NCBI RefSeq assembly: GCF_021028975.2
Contig: NC_059426.1
Location: 110,732,001-110,796,000 of the forward strand
Direction of reading: 5' to 3'
Source of the DNA: Sphaerodactylus townsendi
Lineage: Eukaryota
DNA length: 64,000 nucleotides
The notes under the pieces are model-generated. The model did not search any database. It was not told the DNA's origin and saw nothing but the letters and a program-made list of their open reading frames with translations. The translations under genes were made by a program, and so were the position numbers. This document shows positions 1 through 12,574 of this stretch, piece by piece (the first letter of the stretch is position 1; each line of letters opens with the position of its first letter).

Positions 1-538
1 CAGCTCTGCGGTCAGAGCAAGACGAACTTTTCCTGTCTTTGCCTTGGTGCCTTGGGCTCCTGCTGTAGGTGGTGGTGGTTTTGGTGGTTGCTTCACAGGA
101 CAGGCAGAAGCCAGATGACCTTCACCCCTGCAGTAGAGAAACAAACTGAGGCACTGGCGATGAGCATTTTCAGCCTCAGAAATCTGTTGACAGGGCATAC
201 CTTTATGGGTCAGTTCTGCGCCTGTAGGTCCTCCACAACAGACTGGAGCAGATTTAGTTGTCAGAACATTGGCTTCTTGCATGCGCGCCTCAGATAGACC
301 ACCCAGAACTATCCATTCCATGAACGTATTGGGATTATCCCGCATCAATGCCCACTTTAACAACTTGGGATGGAGGGCTTGTTTGAAGGCATAGACCTTC
401 CCCAGGTCGTCCCAATCTGGAATCTTGCTGGCTACTTGTACAAAACTTTTCCACAAATTCCACATAGGGAGTGGTGCCTTGGCACATTTGCATGAGTTCC
501 TTTTTTGCCTGTTCGCCAATGAAAGGACTTTCAAAAAG
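1..538 (-). mobile_element. Ty3/Gypsy (sushi-like) gag remnant, 3' part: capsid C-terminal region and zinc knuckle
   Basis: Minus strand reads LFESPFIGEQAKKELMQMCQGTTPYVEFVEKF (retrotransposon gag 'QG...V.E...F' motif) and, at ~92-160, LFLYCRGEGHLASACP (degenerate CX2CX4HX4C knuckle). Frameshifted, and runs off the window edge. Confidence 0.8.
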
Positions 539-2358
539 AAGCAAGCCTTTATTGGCATAGACAGCAGTAAAACAATAATAAAAAACAGATTAAAAAGCAT
601 ATACAACATAGGATATACATGTTAGGACAAAGGAAATCTACTGGCATTTAGTAATTTCCAGGAGAAAGTCTGCCACTATCATACAGAGAGAAGGATCAGG
701 GTTGTCCAACAAGTAGTGTAATCTAAATAAATCGGGGAGGTCGGGTAAATGTAAGGGAGTGAGATTCACATACTTGGATCTGATTTCCTTGAATCTGAGA
801 CAGTGAAGTAATTGGTGGGCCAGAGATTCAACTGAGCCATCGTTACATGGGCACAATCTTTTAGCCTTTTCTTGCTTATTAAATCTGCCATGTAACAAGG
901 CAGAAGGCATAACATTGAACCTGGCGAGCATTATGGCTCTCCTTTGAACTGGGTTTATTAAACAATACAGGTAGTGTGCCAAGTGGCCCCGTTCAAATGG
1001 GAGAGAGAAATACAGGGGGGAGCACGTTTTCTTGGCTGCAGTGATTAAGGTGGAGAACTCTCTATCCAATAGTTGACCTTTTAATTTCCTATAAGCTTCT
1101 GAATAGGACAAAGGGCAAAGTGAATCCACTGACAGTCCGATAGAGGCAATTTTTTCTTCAATTATGGAAAACCAGGGGTTGGAATGGGTTTCAGAGAGCA
1201 GACGGTGGACCAGGGAGTTACGGTCCAAGAGAAAATGAATTCGCAGCCAGAATCTAAAAGTCCTCAGCCAAGCGGCTGATTCCAAGGAGTTTTGACCTAA
1301 CTCCAGACAAAGGGCTGCATAGGGCACGCAATTTGGGAGTCCAGTTATCTTGTGAAAAAATTTGGATTGAAGAGAATTCAAGGAGTAGTTAATAGCTTGA
1401 ATCCAAATTGGGACTCCGTAAAGCAATCTCGAGGCGACTTTGGCATTGAAAAATTTGAGGGCAGGAGGGATAAAGGAGTGGCCACTGCTGTAAAAGAAAC
1501 GTAGTAGTGCTGACATACTATTAGATGTAGCTAGGAGAGCGGCCTTCCTCTGGGTTGCCCATGAAAGGTTGCCCATGAAAGGTTAAAAGAGAATGAGAAA
1601 GGGTTGCCCATGAAAGGTTAAAAGAGAATGAGAGGTCAAGGTATTTATAGCACTTAACCTGTTCGATTTGGGTGCTTTTCATTGCCCATGTGAGCTTCTT
1701 AAAGTGCCTAGAGAAGACCAATACCTTGGTTTTTTTCATAGTTTATTGTCAGTCTGTTGGATTCACAGTAATCCACACAGCGCTTCATTAAGCGTCTGAG
1801 GCCAACTCTGGATCGAGAGAGAAGGACAGCGTCATCTGTATAGAGCAGAATTGATACATGGGATGTACCCAGTTTGGAGGCATGGCTGTTCACTGCTGAG
1901 AGGGCAGAGGGGAGGTCACTTAAGAAAAGATTGAAGAGAGTGGGGGCCAGGACGCAGCCCTGTTTGACCCCTTTGGTAATTGGAATACTGTCTGTCAAAA
2001 GGCCTTCGTGGGAACACTTGATCCGGCAACTGGTATTTGTGTGCAATTGCCTAATTAAGAACAAGAGTCTGGCATCAATATTAAGGGCAGCCAGTTTTGT
2101 CCAGAGAAGTTCTCTTGGCACAGAGTCAAAGGCAGCCTTTAAATCAATAAAGGCAGCGTAGAGTTTGTTATCTGCATTGATTGAATATTTACTGGCTAGG
2201 TGTAATAGCACCAAGGCATGGTCCAGAGGAGATTTCCCCTTGCGAAAACCTATTTGTTCAGCCCCCACTGCACCAGAGTGGGAAAGCCACAGCTGAAGTT
2301 TCTTTAGTAGCAATTTGGCATAAAGCTTCCCTATCACTGAGAGGAGACTGATGGGGCG
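539..2358 (-). mobile_element. 5'-truncated non-LTR retrotransposon (RTE-X-like LINE): RT plus C-terminal CCHC finger
   Basis: ORFs 1708-2370, 1521-1739 and 638-1576 give RPISLLSVIGKLY, EQIGFRKG, FIDLKAAFDSV, GVKQGCVLAPTLFNLF, LYTDD and RLCPC...AHQLLHC. 3' end GCCAATAAAGGCTTGCTT. Flanked by a perfect 16-bp TSD AAGGACTTTCAAAAAG (523-538 and 2359-2374). Clade assignment is from recall. Confidence 0.9.
1553..1633. repeat. Compound tandem duplication inside the LINE
   Basis: GGTTGCCCATGAAA at 1553-1566, then GGTTGCCCATGAAAGGTTAAAAGAGAATGAGA twice (1567-1598, 1602-1633). Confidence 0.95.
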
Positions 2359-3150
2359 AAGGACTTTCAAAAAGTCATCACGAATTCTTGAAAATTACGT
2401 AGTTTCACAGCTCCACGTTGGAATAAGCCCACGCACCATTCAGCGGCATCTTCATCCAATATGGCCCCCACCTCATACACCTGTTAAGTATCATTATGAT
2501 ACTGCCTATCATATTGTTGCATATGAGCATTGACCTGCACCAGGAACGCTGGCAGTCATCCCTAGGCACCATCAAAATGTACATTGAGTCTCGCACGGGG
2601 CATATATGGTGGTAGGGGACCATAAGGGTAATATTGCATCAGCAGTCCTCCTGGAAGAGTGGCTGGTCCAGGCAGCAGTGGTGCTGGAGCAGGAATCAGA
2701 GGAACTCCTCCACCTGCTGCCCCTAAAGCTGGTGCCCCTGGCTGGGCTGCATGTACAGGCTGAGCTTGCTGGGCAACTGGTTGAGCAGCCACCACTTGTT
2801 GGGTGAGTTGGGATAGTTGTGCCAGCTAGTGGTGTGATTTGGCCATTTGGTGTCGGCTGTAGCGAGACGGGCATCCTCCCTGGCATCCCAGGCGTCATTC
2901 ACCACTCGACCGACAGCCAAATGCAAATTCTCCATGTCCCGTTCCATCCGTTGCATGACACAGAGATATTCCATCAATTCTGTGTCCCATGCCATTTCCC
3001 ATGAATGGAAAAATCTCCACATCTTGGACTCATAGGTGGCAGCCCCTTCTGATGGCCGGGATTCAGTTGTACCACTCCTGACAAGCGGAGTGGAAGCCCA
3101 CCCCTGGCCACCAATTCATCCTGGAGAGAAGTGACTAGTGGGGTGCTGCA
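2359..3150 (-). mobile_element. Ty3/Gypsy gag remnant, 5' part (capsid N-terminal region, LDOC1/RTL/PEG10-like)
   Basis: Minus-strand translation LNVHFDGA*G*LPAFLVQVNAHMQQYDRQYHNDT*QVYEVGAILDEDAAEWCVGLFQRGAVKLRNFQEFV, preceded by a Pro/Ala-rich linker. It joins 1-538 once the LINE and one TSD copy are removed. 5' boundary is approximate. Confidence 0.8.
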
Positions 3151-3154
3151 GGCA

Positions 3155-3671
3155 AGACATAGGTAAAGGGGGGTTCCCAGGTTCAACCCCCCCATTACAT
3201 GTCCAAAGCTCCACCACCACTGCTTTTATAAGCACTGAGACTGAGGGTGGGGCTTAGGGGGTGGGGCCATGCCCCCACCTGCCCATGGGGGCATGGCCAC
3301 ACCTCCCCAAGCCCCGCCTCCTGGCCTCAGTGTTTATAAAAGCAGCTCTCTGAGGCCAGGGACGGCAGTCTCTTGTGGCCTCCCCGGAGGAGAGGGCAGA
3401 AGGGACTGCCGGCTGCCTGCTCAGCCAGCAGTGGGGGAGAGGTGGTTGGGTGGAGCCAGGTGGAACCAGGCAGGGGCAGATCTGGAGCCTCCATCTCCAG
3501 GTGGGGGCTGGCAGAGCCCTGTCTCCAGGCAGGGACTGGCAGGGGCAGAGCTGAGGGAGAGTGGATCTTGGGGAGGTATGGCCATGCCCCCAGGGGTGGG
3601 TGGGGACATGGCCTCACCCCCTGAGCCCCACCCCCAACCCATCCCATTAAAAAATTATACCTACATCACTG
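3155..3671. mobile_element. GC-rich putative non-autonomous DNA element
   Basis: Abrupt GC-rich block with imperfect inverted segments (GGCCATGCCCCCA / GGGGGCATGGCC) ending ...TACCTACATCACTG. No clean TIR pair or TSD. Confidence 0.35.
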
Positions 3672-4575
3672 GCTACAGGGTTCTGTCCTGGACCCAGCAC
3701 TATTCAATAATTTTATCAATAACTTGGATGATGGAATAGAGGACATGCTAATCAATGTGCAGATGACACCAAATTAGGAGGGATAGCTAATACCCCAGAG
3801 GACAGAGTCAGAATTCAAAATGACCTGAACAGATTCGAGAACTGGACCAAAACTAACAAAATGAATTTCAACAGAGACAACTGTAAGATACTTAGGCAGA
3901 AGAAATGATATAGGATGGGTGACACCTGGCTCAACTAGATTACATGTAAAAGGAATCAGGGAATCTTAGTAGACCACAGACTGAACATGAGTCAGCAACA
4001 CGATGTGGCAGTCAAGTGTCTAGATCAAGGAACGTAATAGTACCACACTTTCCTGCTGTGGTCAGACCTCACCTGAAATATTGACCCCAGTTCTGGGCAC
4101 CACAAATCAAGAAGGATATTGACAAGCTGGAACAGATCCAGAAGAAGGTACCCAAAATGGTTAAAGTACCTGGATTCCAAGTACTATGAGGAGCAGTTTA
4201 GGGAGCTAAGAAGAGGAGAAGGTTGAGGGATGAATGATCACCACGTTTAAATATTTGAAGGGATGTCTTGTTGAAGATGGCACAAGTTTGTTTTCTGCTG
4301 CTCCAGAAACTAGGTTAAGGAGTAATGGATTCAAAGTTCAGGAAAAGAGATTCTACCAAAACTTTAGGAAGAACTTGATGATGCTAAGGGCTGTTCGACA
4401 GTGGAATACACTACTTCCAAGTGTAGTATAGTCTCCTTCTTTAGAATTTTTTAACAGAGGCTGCATGGCCATTTATCAAGGGTGTTTTGATTGTGTATTC
4501 CTGCATAGAGGGAGTTCAACTTGATGCCCTTGTGACCTCTTCCAACTTCATGATTCTATGATTTTATGATTCTAT
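3672..4575 (+). mobile_element. CR1 LINE, 3' fragment
   Basis: QGSVL..LFN.FI, (F)ADDTKLGG and MITTFKYLKG-type motifs, ending in the CR1 octamer tail ATGATTCTATGATTTTATGATTCTAT. Confidence 0.92.
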
Positions 4576-6405
4576 ATTATTGTATCATGATAACAGCATT
4601 TGATGTTGAGGCCTCTGGTGGCAGTGAAAGGAAATGGATGTCACAGGGACAAGGCAAGGGAAATGTCTGCCATGTGAGTACGACCAGGAAATCTCCAAAC
4701 ATTCTCATTCATACTGCAGCTATCCAGGTTGTGCTGAGATCTGTCCCCAAACTTTGTAGCAAAGCAGATTTGGGAATGATTGAGACAAAAAAAGCTGGGG
4801 AAACACCAGGAGATGCTTGAATAAACTGTGTTCCTGTAGACAAGCAGGAAAAAAATCCTTGCCCCAACAGCATCATACCTAGAACAGGTAACTTATTTGG
4901 AAACTGCCAATGACCTGAAAGAGAGACATGCCCCATTTTTAAAACCAAATCAAGCAGAAGGGGTGGGGGTGGGGTAAGTCTGCAAGTTTAAATGCAGGGT
5001 TGGTTTGAGTCTTTCTTTTTAGTCATGTTTGTGCTAAAAAAAATCCAACCATGTGGTTTTATACCTGGAGGACTTATATCTTTATATCATAAATAGAACA
5101 TTTATGAAGAGAATGAAGAGAAAAAAATGACTGGAGAAGAAAGATTTAACCACCTGGTTTAAATGGTTGGGAATCAGTCACCTGCTGTAACCACCACCTG
5201 CTTTCAGACTACTTTTAGCCTTCCAAGGCTACTTTTAAAAATGAGTGAAATAAATATTATTCTATGTCACCCACAAGGTGGTCCTAAATTTAGCTTATTT
5301 TGATGGAACTTATTTTCAAGAAAGGAAATAATTTAGGATAATTTTATTGTGGCTTTTCATTTTTCAAATATTTAAATCTTGGATGGTGTGATGTACGCTT
5401 GAACTTTCAGTTCAGTTAGAAATGATCACACTGCTGACTTATGTTACTCAACAGACTTCTGACAGAGTGTGAATACTGATACAGGGACATGGTTTAAGTG
5501 CAACTATGTTTAACTTTAACAATAGCAGAGTAATGGATTAACATTATGCCCTTCAGCTAGTGAAAAAAGATTATTTTTTTAAAAAAAAATTGAAATCCAT
5601 TAAAGTGACATGTAAGCTTCTGCTCTTTCCCATTAATTAAAGTTACTAAAAATAGCAAAGCATCAATTTTGTGAGAGGTTTGAAAAATTCATTAGGTTTC
5701 CAGGTGTCATGGAAGAGGGGAGAGTTCTGTTTACATGATATTATTGGCCTCCATTAAAACAAAGTTCATAGGGATGTGAATTCCATATCAACACCATCAG
5801 CTGAGATCTTTAAAGATGACCTATGGATTTATTTCACTGCAAATCACTGAAGTAATGTAAAAATATGAGTTGGATTTCCCAAGTCTTCAGCATCAGAAAA
5901 TACCCAGCCAAATAAGACACAATGACAACTTTTACAAAAGAAGTTAAAAATTTAACCCTCTCACCACTTCTGCTGCTATATTCTACTCTCGCTTTCATCT
6001 GGACACATGCTGAAAACTTAGTGGATTGAGCTATAATTGGTGAGCAGCAGTACAAAAATGTTCAAAAATTATGGCCCAGCCAGGATCAGCTGAGTCCAAG
6101 GAGTTAGAGGACTCCTCCAAGGAGGAGCCAGGTGGTGGCATGATTCAGGCAGCAGTAGGAGATAACCCCTGCAGGGTCAGAACCAGGGTCACAGCTGGAA
6201 AACAGCACAGAGACTGTGGGAGGGGAGCTTGCTCTACTGCCAGGAACCAGCTCAGAAGCTCCTCAGCCTTTTGGAATGAGGGAAGCTGCAGGGAGCTCAG
6301 CTTGCTCTCCCCAGACATTCCCTAAGCCCCATTAGTGGCACAGGAGAAGGCTGCATAGTGGCCTACAGAGCAGGAGATATAATGCATGCTTGGCAGCCCT
6401 ACACT

Positions 6406-6589
6406 CAGAAGTGGGATCCAACCAGTTCTCACCACTTCTCTAGAAGTGGTTACTAATTTTTTCTGAGTGCCAAGAAGGGGTTACTAAAGCAACCTCCCTG
6501 GGACTGGAGGTGCATGTGTGCGGCGGCGCCACTGTTTGAATCCCACCACCATCGGAACCTGTTATTAAAAATTTTGGATCCCACCACTG
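6406..6589. mobile_element. hAT-type MITE, short form
   Basis: TIRs CAGAAGTGGGATCC / GGATCCCACCACTG; perfect 8-bp TSD CCTACACT (6398-6405, 6590-6597). Confidence 0.92.
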
Positions 6590-6823
6590 CCTACACTGCC
6601 ACAACCTTAACAGCAAAGAGCAGTTCTTGCAGGAGCAAGGCTGACATGATGACTAAGTGCAGGCTATCTCCAGCTGATTGGGCAACATCCTGTTAAAAGG
6701 GACTGGGAAACAGAAGGCTGTATGGAAGCAACAAGTCGGTTTATTGCGGTCCTGCCTGTGTTTGTGTTTATTGTCTTCTCCATTCAAACTTTGACCTGGA
6801 CTCCTGGATTTGTGTCAGATTTG

Positions 6824-7131
6824 GAGCAGCAGTAGCATAGTGGTTAAGAGCAGGTGCATTCTAATCTGGAGGAACCAGGTTTGATTCCCCGCTCTGCCGC
6901 CTGAGCTGTGGAGGGTTATCTGGGTAATTCAGATTAGCCTGTGCACTCCCACACATGCCAGCTGGGTGACTTTGGGCTAGTCACAGCTTTTCGGAGCTCT
7001 CTCAGCTCCACCCACCTCACAGGGTTTTTGTTGTGAGGGGGGAAGGGCAAGGAGATTGTAAGCCCCTTTGAGTCTTCTACAGGAGAGAAAGGGGGAAATA
7101 AATCCAAACTCCTCCTCCTCATCATCTTCTT
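6824..7131 (+). mobile_element. tRNA-derived SINE (MIR/Ther1-derived, Squam3-like)
   Basis: A box TAGCATAGTGG, B box GGTTTGATTCCC, CORE-like CTGGGTGACTTTGGGCTAGTCAC and a (CTC/CTT)n tail. Homologous copies at 25018 and 48931. Confidence 0.88.
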
Positions 7132-8310
7132 GCCCCTATTTGGATTTGATGCTCATGAGTAAGTGCTATCTGTGCTGACCTTGAACTAAGACTTGGACCA
7201 TCCATGTGTGTTCATGACATCAATATGGAGAATATTTGATTAATTTTGATGTGCTGAATTTTGGATTCAGATCCTCAAAAGGGCAAGAGATGAGCTGTGC
7301 AGCTCCTCATCCCTATTCCAGCAGGCATGAGATGACCAGAGAAAGAACATTTGCTGTAAGATCCCCATTGGGTAGGTTGGGGTGACAGGGAATAGGAACA
7401 AGATCAGTCAAGGAAAACAGTATGAGGATTGTTCCTTATTTTGATGCAATAATATAGATAGGATTTGAAAAGTGGAGGTGGGGATGAAGGTTCTTGCTGC
7501 AGTTTATTAACCTTTGATTCCTGCTCCTCATTGACAGAGAGCAGAACACAGTGCCATTCTGACCACAAGAAATCATGTGTGTGCATCATATGTCCATACA
7601 GAACAGCATATAAAACTTCTTTCTAGGAGGCAACCTGTAGCAACAATCTGGTTAGTATTCTGAGTGCAGTGAAGGGTGTTTACTTTGCAATCTATCCTGC
7701 TTATTTACTGTCTAATGTAGAGGAATAATGGTTGTTACTAATTAGTTTTTTAAAGAGCCCACTGGGAATTCTAACTAAAAATTACTGTGCCAGGCTCAGA
7801 AGATTTGGCCATATTTTAAATGCCTGACTGTGTGGTTGAGACAGCAACAGTAAAAAAGCTTTAAAATGTGGCATTATTATTCAGATGTGTTAGTAGCTAT
7901 TACTCAGCATTAATTATGCATTAAAGGCAAAGAAAGTTATTTATGGTTGTTTGGAACAATATTTATTTATACATACTGTATATCTAGACTTCCTTGTCAG
8001 CAGCTACTTTGTAGTTATCCCTCTCTCACACATATTTAAAAATATATTAGCAAACTTCTAGTAGAGTGTTAAATTGGTCCTATCCTATGACACAAATTAG
8101 ATCTGCTACAGCTGCTGCTGATGTAGAGCCTACCATTAAGAAGATAAAACATTGGGTGTAGAAAGGAGAAAGTGGCAGGAATGCTTTTCACTTTTGCAAA
8201 CTGGAAGGCCTCATATTGTGATGCCATCATATTGCACACTCTTCCACATCATTCAGAGGCTCCTGTTGCAGTAAAGATCCTAAATTCACTTATGGATATA
8301 GGATTTTAAC

Positions 8311-9464
8311 CATTGGTGGGATCCAAAAATTTTAGTAACAGATTCCCATGGTGGTGGGATTCAAACAGTGGCGTAGTGCCAATGGGGCTGGGCAGGGCAT
8401 GATGGGGGCATGGCTGGGCATTCCAGGGGCAGGGCAATCCTTGGCAGGGCTGTGGCAAGGACGCAGGGCATGCAGACCCAAGGTGCAGTTCACTTTAAGG
8501 AGTCTCCAAACAGCTAACAAATGCCCCTTTTCTTCTCCGCACAACAAACTCCTGATGGGGCAGCAGGTGGGACAGAGAAAGTGGAGAATCAAACTCAGCT
8601 TCCAGATTACAGCCCAGTCCCACAGCAAAAGTTAAGAAGCCAGGTGCTTCATGTCCCCCCCCCCCCCACATCAAGGCCATTCACAACTGCAGACAAGATT
8701 TTAGGAATAGAAGTGCAGTTTGGATTTGCACATTACCTTTAAGGAGTCTCCAAACAGCTAACAAACGCGCCCACCCTTTCCTCTCCCCACAACAAACACC
8801 TTGCAGGTGGGGCAGAGATTGCCTCCCTAGCCGGCCTATGGACTTCTCCTGTGCTGGCTGGCGCCCATCTGCTGGGGAGAAGGCTTGAGACTGAGAGCAA
8901 TGGCAATGACTTAATGGAGAATAAGGCACTGCACTCTGGGTGAGGGGAGGCGGAGCTCCCTAGTCCTCATCCTGGGAGCACAGTGGTATTTCTCCCCCAC
9001 CCTCTGGACCAGGGTTAGGGAACCTGCGGCTCTCCAGATGTTCAGGAACTACAATTCCCATCAGCCCCTACCAGCATGGCCAATTGGCCATGCTGACAGA
9101 GGCTGATGGGAATTGTAGTTCCTGAACATCTGGAGAGCCGCAGGTTCCCTACCCCTGCTCTGGACACTCAGGGCCACCATGGAGAGTGGGCGGGGCTATG
9201 TCAGGCTTCCTTAATTCTTGCAGCAGCCGGCTTCCTCAATTCCAGGCTTGCTAGGGCTTGCAAAATCAGTCTGGGTGGGGGGACATTTTGGCACCCCCCA
9301 CGTGACTGCAGTGGATGCGCCCAGGGACATGGGGTACCCCTTGTCCCTAGGCAAATATGCCACTGCCTCTGAGCGGACCCAATTAGTAACCCCCTCTCCG
9401 CACACACAAATAATTAGTAACCCACTCTTGGGAACCTGTCAGAACCGGCTGGATCCCACCTCTG
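8311..9464. mobile_element. hAT-type non-autonomous transposon, long form of the 6406 family, opposite orientation
   Basis: TIRs CATTGGTGGGATCC / GGATCCCACCTCTG; perfect 8-bp TSD ATTTTAAC (8303-8310, 9465-9472); subterminal GTGGTGGGATTCAAACAGTGGCG is the reverse complement of sequence in 6406-6589. Confidence 0.92.
9010..9157. mobile_element. Palindromic hAT/Charlie-type MITE nested in 8311-9464
   Basis: Near-perfect 148-bp foldback centred on GGCCAATTGGCC; 8-bp TSD CTCTGGAC (9002-9009, 9158-9165). Confidence 0.95.
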
Positions 9465-10214
9465 ATTTTAACCCTTTGCCATTACAGCACATGGTGGAAG
9501 TGGTGGGCATTTCATATGATAGCACCATTTTGAAAGAATGGTTTTCGTCTTTCATAATGTTTTTCTCTACTCTAACCCGTAACTAGTCATTGTGGTTATG
9601 TACCATGTAAAAATTTGGTATAATTTGTCAGAAGTTTCAATAGTTTCTGAATTTTCTCAAACTGAGGCAATCAAGTCACACAATGATCAAGTTTTTATCC
9701 TTGCTGTTTCAATCTCTAGCTCCTATTCTAATATCAACGTTTCCCTTTTACAAATTAAACCTGCAACTCTTTGTTTTCATTTTCTGTCTTTCCACAATTT
9801 TTCTCATAAAATATATACTTGTATACTATATATATTTGTATTCTAATAAATTAGCATTATAATTATATTTATAATATATGTCTTAACAGCATACACTATT
9901 TATGTGAACACAACCTAAAAACACACATAATGTCTACACAACAAACAAATCTACAAAAATCCATAGCAGACAGTTGAGGGTGAAAGCTAGAAGAATATGT
10001 GTGAGACAATATGACTAACATTCAGGCAGTCTTAGTGTCTCATTGTAGGATTACTTACTGTTATTTCATGGGGTCAGATCCAAATTCTATGAATGGAAAG
10101 TATTCATAAATTGCTTGCTCCTTGTTCTCTCCCTAACCCTACTGATAATCCTGAAAAGTGTCTTTTTATGGTCCAGGGGGCCTCCAGAACTGAATTTCAT
10201 GCAACACAGGGAGG

Positions 10215-11017
10215 TTGAGATGTGCATTTGGATACCTCTGGTCCAGATACATATCTAAAATACTTTATGAATTTTTTTCAGATGTATACGGTTATCCACA
10301 GTGATATCTGGATTTTTCAAAATATCGATAATTGGGTTGCAAATATCAGGAAATATCACAGATGGAATTTTAAGGCTCCCAGTCCTATTTTTCTTCAATT
10401 GCAACATTTTGGTTGGGCTTGCAAGAAGGTTCCCTTGCTGAAGTTGATTTGGCTTGAAATCTCTGGTTTGACATAGGTTGCATTGGGCTCATCACACTGG
10501 CCCATGGTTCTGCTGGAATTCTGTAGTTTGACATTGGGTCTGTGGGTTCTGTTAGAATTTGAATGCATGGGTCGTCTTGTGTGTTTGGCTATTGCATTTT
10601 TTTGCCTGGGAGAAAGCATGGATTTTTCATGGGGGTAGATTGTTCACAGATCAGTGAACAGTAGGGGGTAGATTGTTCACAGCCCCATAGAACTGGACCT
10701 CTTGACCAGTTCACAGATTGTTCACAGTCCCATAGAACTGGACTTCTTGACCAATTCAGTTAAAACTTGGGGGTTCTTTAGTGGACAGGCAACTGAGTGT
10801 CATTCTCTTGAAAACTAGTTAGTCCAACCCCTTGAAAAGTCCAACCCCTTATCCCTGCAGGGGATAAGATGGATCGAAAAATTCTACCATCTCCCTCCCC
10901 TAAAAAAAATCTGAATTTAAAATCTGAAATGATATTGAGGAGATAATCTGGAATATCTGTATGGAAACCCTTTCCTGAAATCCAAAATTATGAATTCTTT
11001 TCAAGCACACATCCCTA
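10215..11017. mobile_element. Old non-autonomous DNA transposon (TAGGGATGTG-type termini)
   Basis: Left TTGAGATGTGCA, right CACACATCCCTA; internal duplications of GGGGGTAGATTGTTCACAG and CCATAGAACTGGAC at 10630-10760. TSD not convincing. Confidence 0.5.
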
Positions 11018-12354
11018 TAGGGGACTGCAGAAAAAAAGGAATCTTGTTTGGTCTAGTGCACTAAGCTGAGCTTGCTTTGTGGAAGAAAAAGTGGGCAATT
11101 TCCAGTGATTCCCCCTCCTTTATGCACTCCCCTCCTTTTGTACTGCAGCACTTTCTGTTCAGGAGGGTGTGTCCTTTCTTCCACATAGGCTTCTTTGTTT
11201 ATGCTACGAGCTGGGAAGACCCCCTTCTACAAATATTTTTTGTTTGCAGAGATTAGAATCCAATCCAGCTTCAATATTTTTGTCTATTCAATATTTTTGT
11301 CTAGACAAAAATTCTAGAGTTTAGTTTTTGAGTGCATGCTGATACTCATGCTTACTATGAGAGATGTATTTTGTCCTGCATGATGGTAACAAGTTTGTTC
11401 AAAATCCAGACTGGAACTGCAAATGTCCAAAATATTTCATAGCCACTAGCGCAAACAGAGTTCAAAGTGATGATTACATAAAAGGTGGCTGTCTGTTGAA
11501 TGTGCCATAAAATTGGCATTGGTCAGCTAATGCTGTAAGCAGAGCTGAAGAAATAGACCAATCTCAGGCATGCAGATTTACATTTTATAAAGTTTACTGC
11601 AATTACAGAATTGCAAGAAACCTTAAATGGCTTATAGATTTTCCAGTATTAGAGAGACCTTCAGATATAAGACAGGCACAAAAAAGCATAACATACTGTG
11701 ATGGTGTGGGGTGGGGGGAGCATTCCACAAGCTCTTAGTAGAATACAATTACAGCTGCTCCTAGAATTAAAATAGACCAGACAACATGCTAATGTAAAAA
11801 CTGATACATAATGATCCAACTGCTTGCTTGCTGGCACTTCTCCAACATGCAGAGCCCCAGACAGAAAGGACAGGGCTTTTGGAGCTGCACTGCTTGGCTA
11901 GTTGCTTTGTTTCTTTTAAGGGAAACCCTTTCTTGGATTATCAATGGCATTCAAAAGCTTATTGAACATGCTTGTTCTGGCTGGTAGGGCAAGGGTGAAA
12001 GAGGAAGACTGCCCTTCAGCCTCCAGCCCTTTATTCATAGTACCCCATTGTTAAATTATAGACCTTTACCCAACAATAAAGCATAAAATGACCAAGTGGA
12101 AACAAGGAACTTGATGACCATCATCTACAAGAATGGGAAAGATACAAGGAGCCGCTTTATTACATTTATTAAATGAGAACATACGTCAATAAAGTTCCTT
12201 GCAACTTTAGTGCATTTACATAGCAGTTTTAGTAAAGGAACTGTAGGGGGGAAATGGTGCTTGTAGGCCTACTGAGCTTAATCCAGCATCCTAACATGGC
12301 TGGTGTCCTCAAAGGTAACATAAAAATGTAGGATCTACCAAAGGGTTAGAAGTT

Positions 12355-12422
12355 AACTAAACTAGAAGTTGTAAGTTGTTTACTAAACTAGAAGTTGTTA
12401 ACTAACTAGAAGTTGTAACTAA
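12355..12422. repeat. Degenerate short tandem repeat
   Basis: Three copies of AACTAGAAGTTGT. Confidence 0.75.
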
Positions 12423-12574
12423 AACACATTCCAGTTAATTTGGATGCAGGTCCAAACCTGATCCAACCAAGATACTCACAAAAATGTTTCTTAGGGGAGA
12501 CAATATTCATACCCAACCCAGCAGCTGTCTTCACTGTAAGCTCCCCAATACTAAGTTTTCTTGAGTTTTAGTCA

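Larger units (their letters stand above)
6059..7387 (+). mobile_element. Possible degraded solo LTR, interrupted by a hAT MITE and a SINE
   Basis: Compositionally distinct GC-richer block ending ...GGGGTGACA. No TSD found. Confidence 0.3.

Noticed and set aside
638-1576. 312-aa ORF as a cellular gene
   Set aside because: It is the C-terminal part of a TSD-flanked LINE ORF.
2562-3739. Several overlapping Pro/Gly-rich ORFs
   Set aside because: By-products of GC-rich gag linker and MITE sequence; not host genes.
12355-12422. CRISPR-like repeat-spacer pattern
   Set aside because: Short slippage repeats in eukaryotic DNA with no unique spacers or cas genes.
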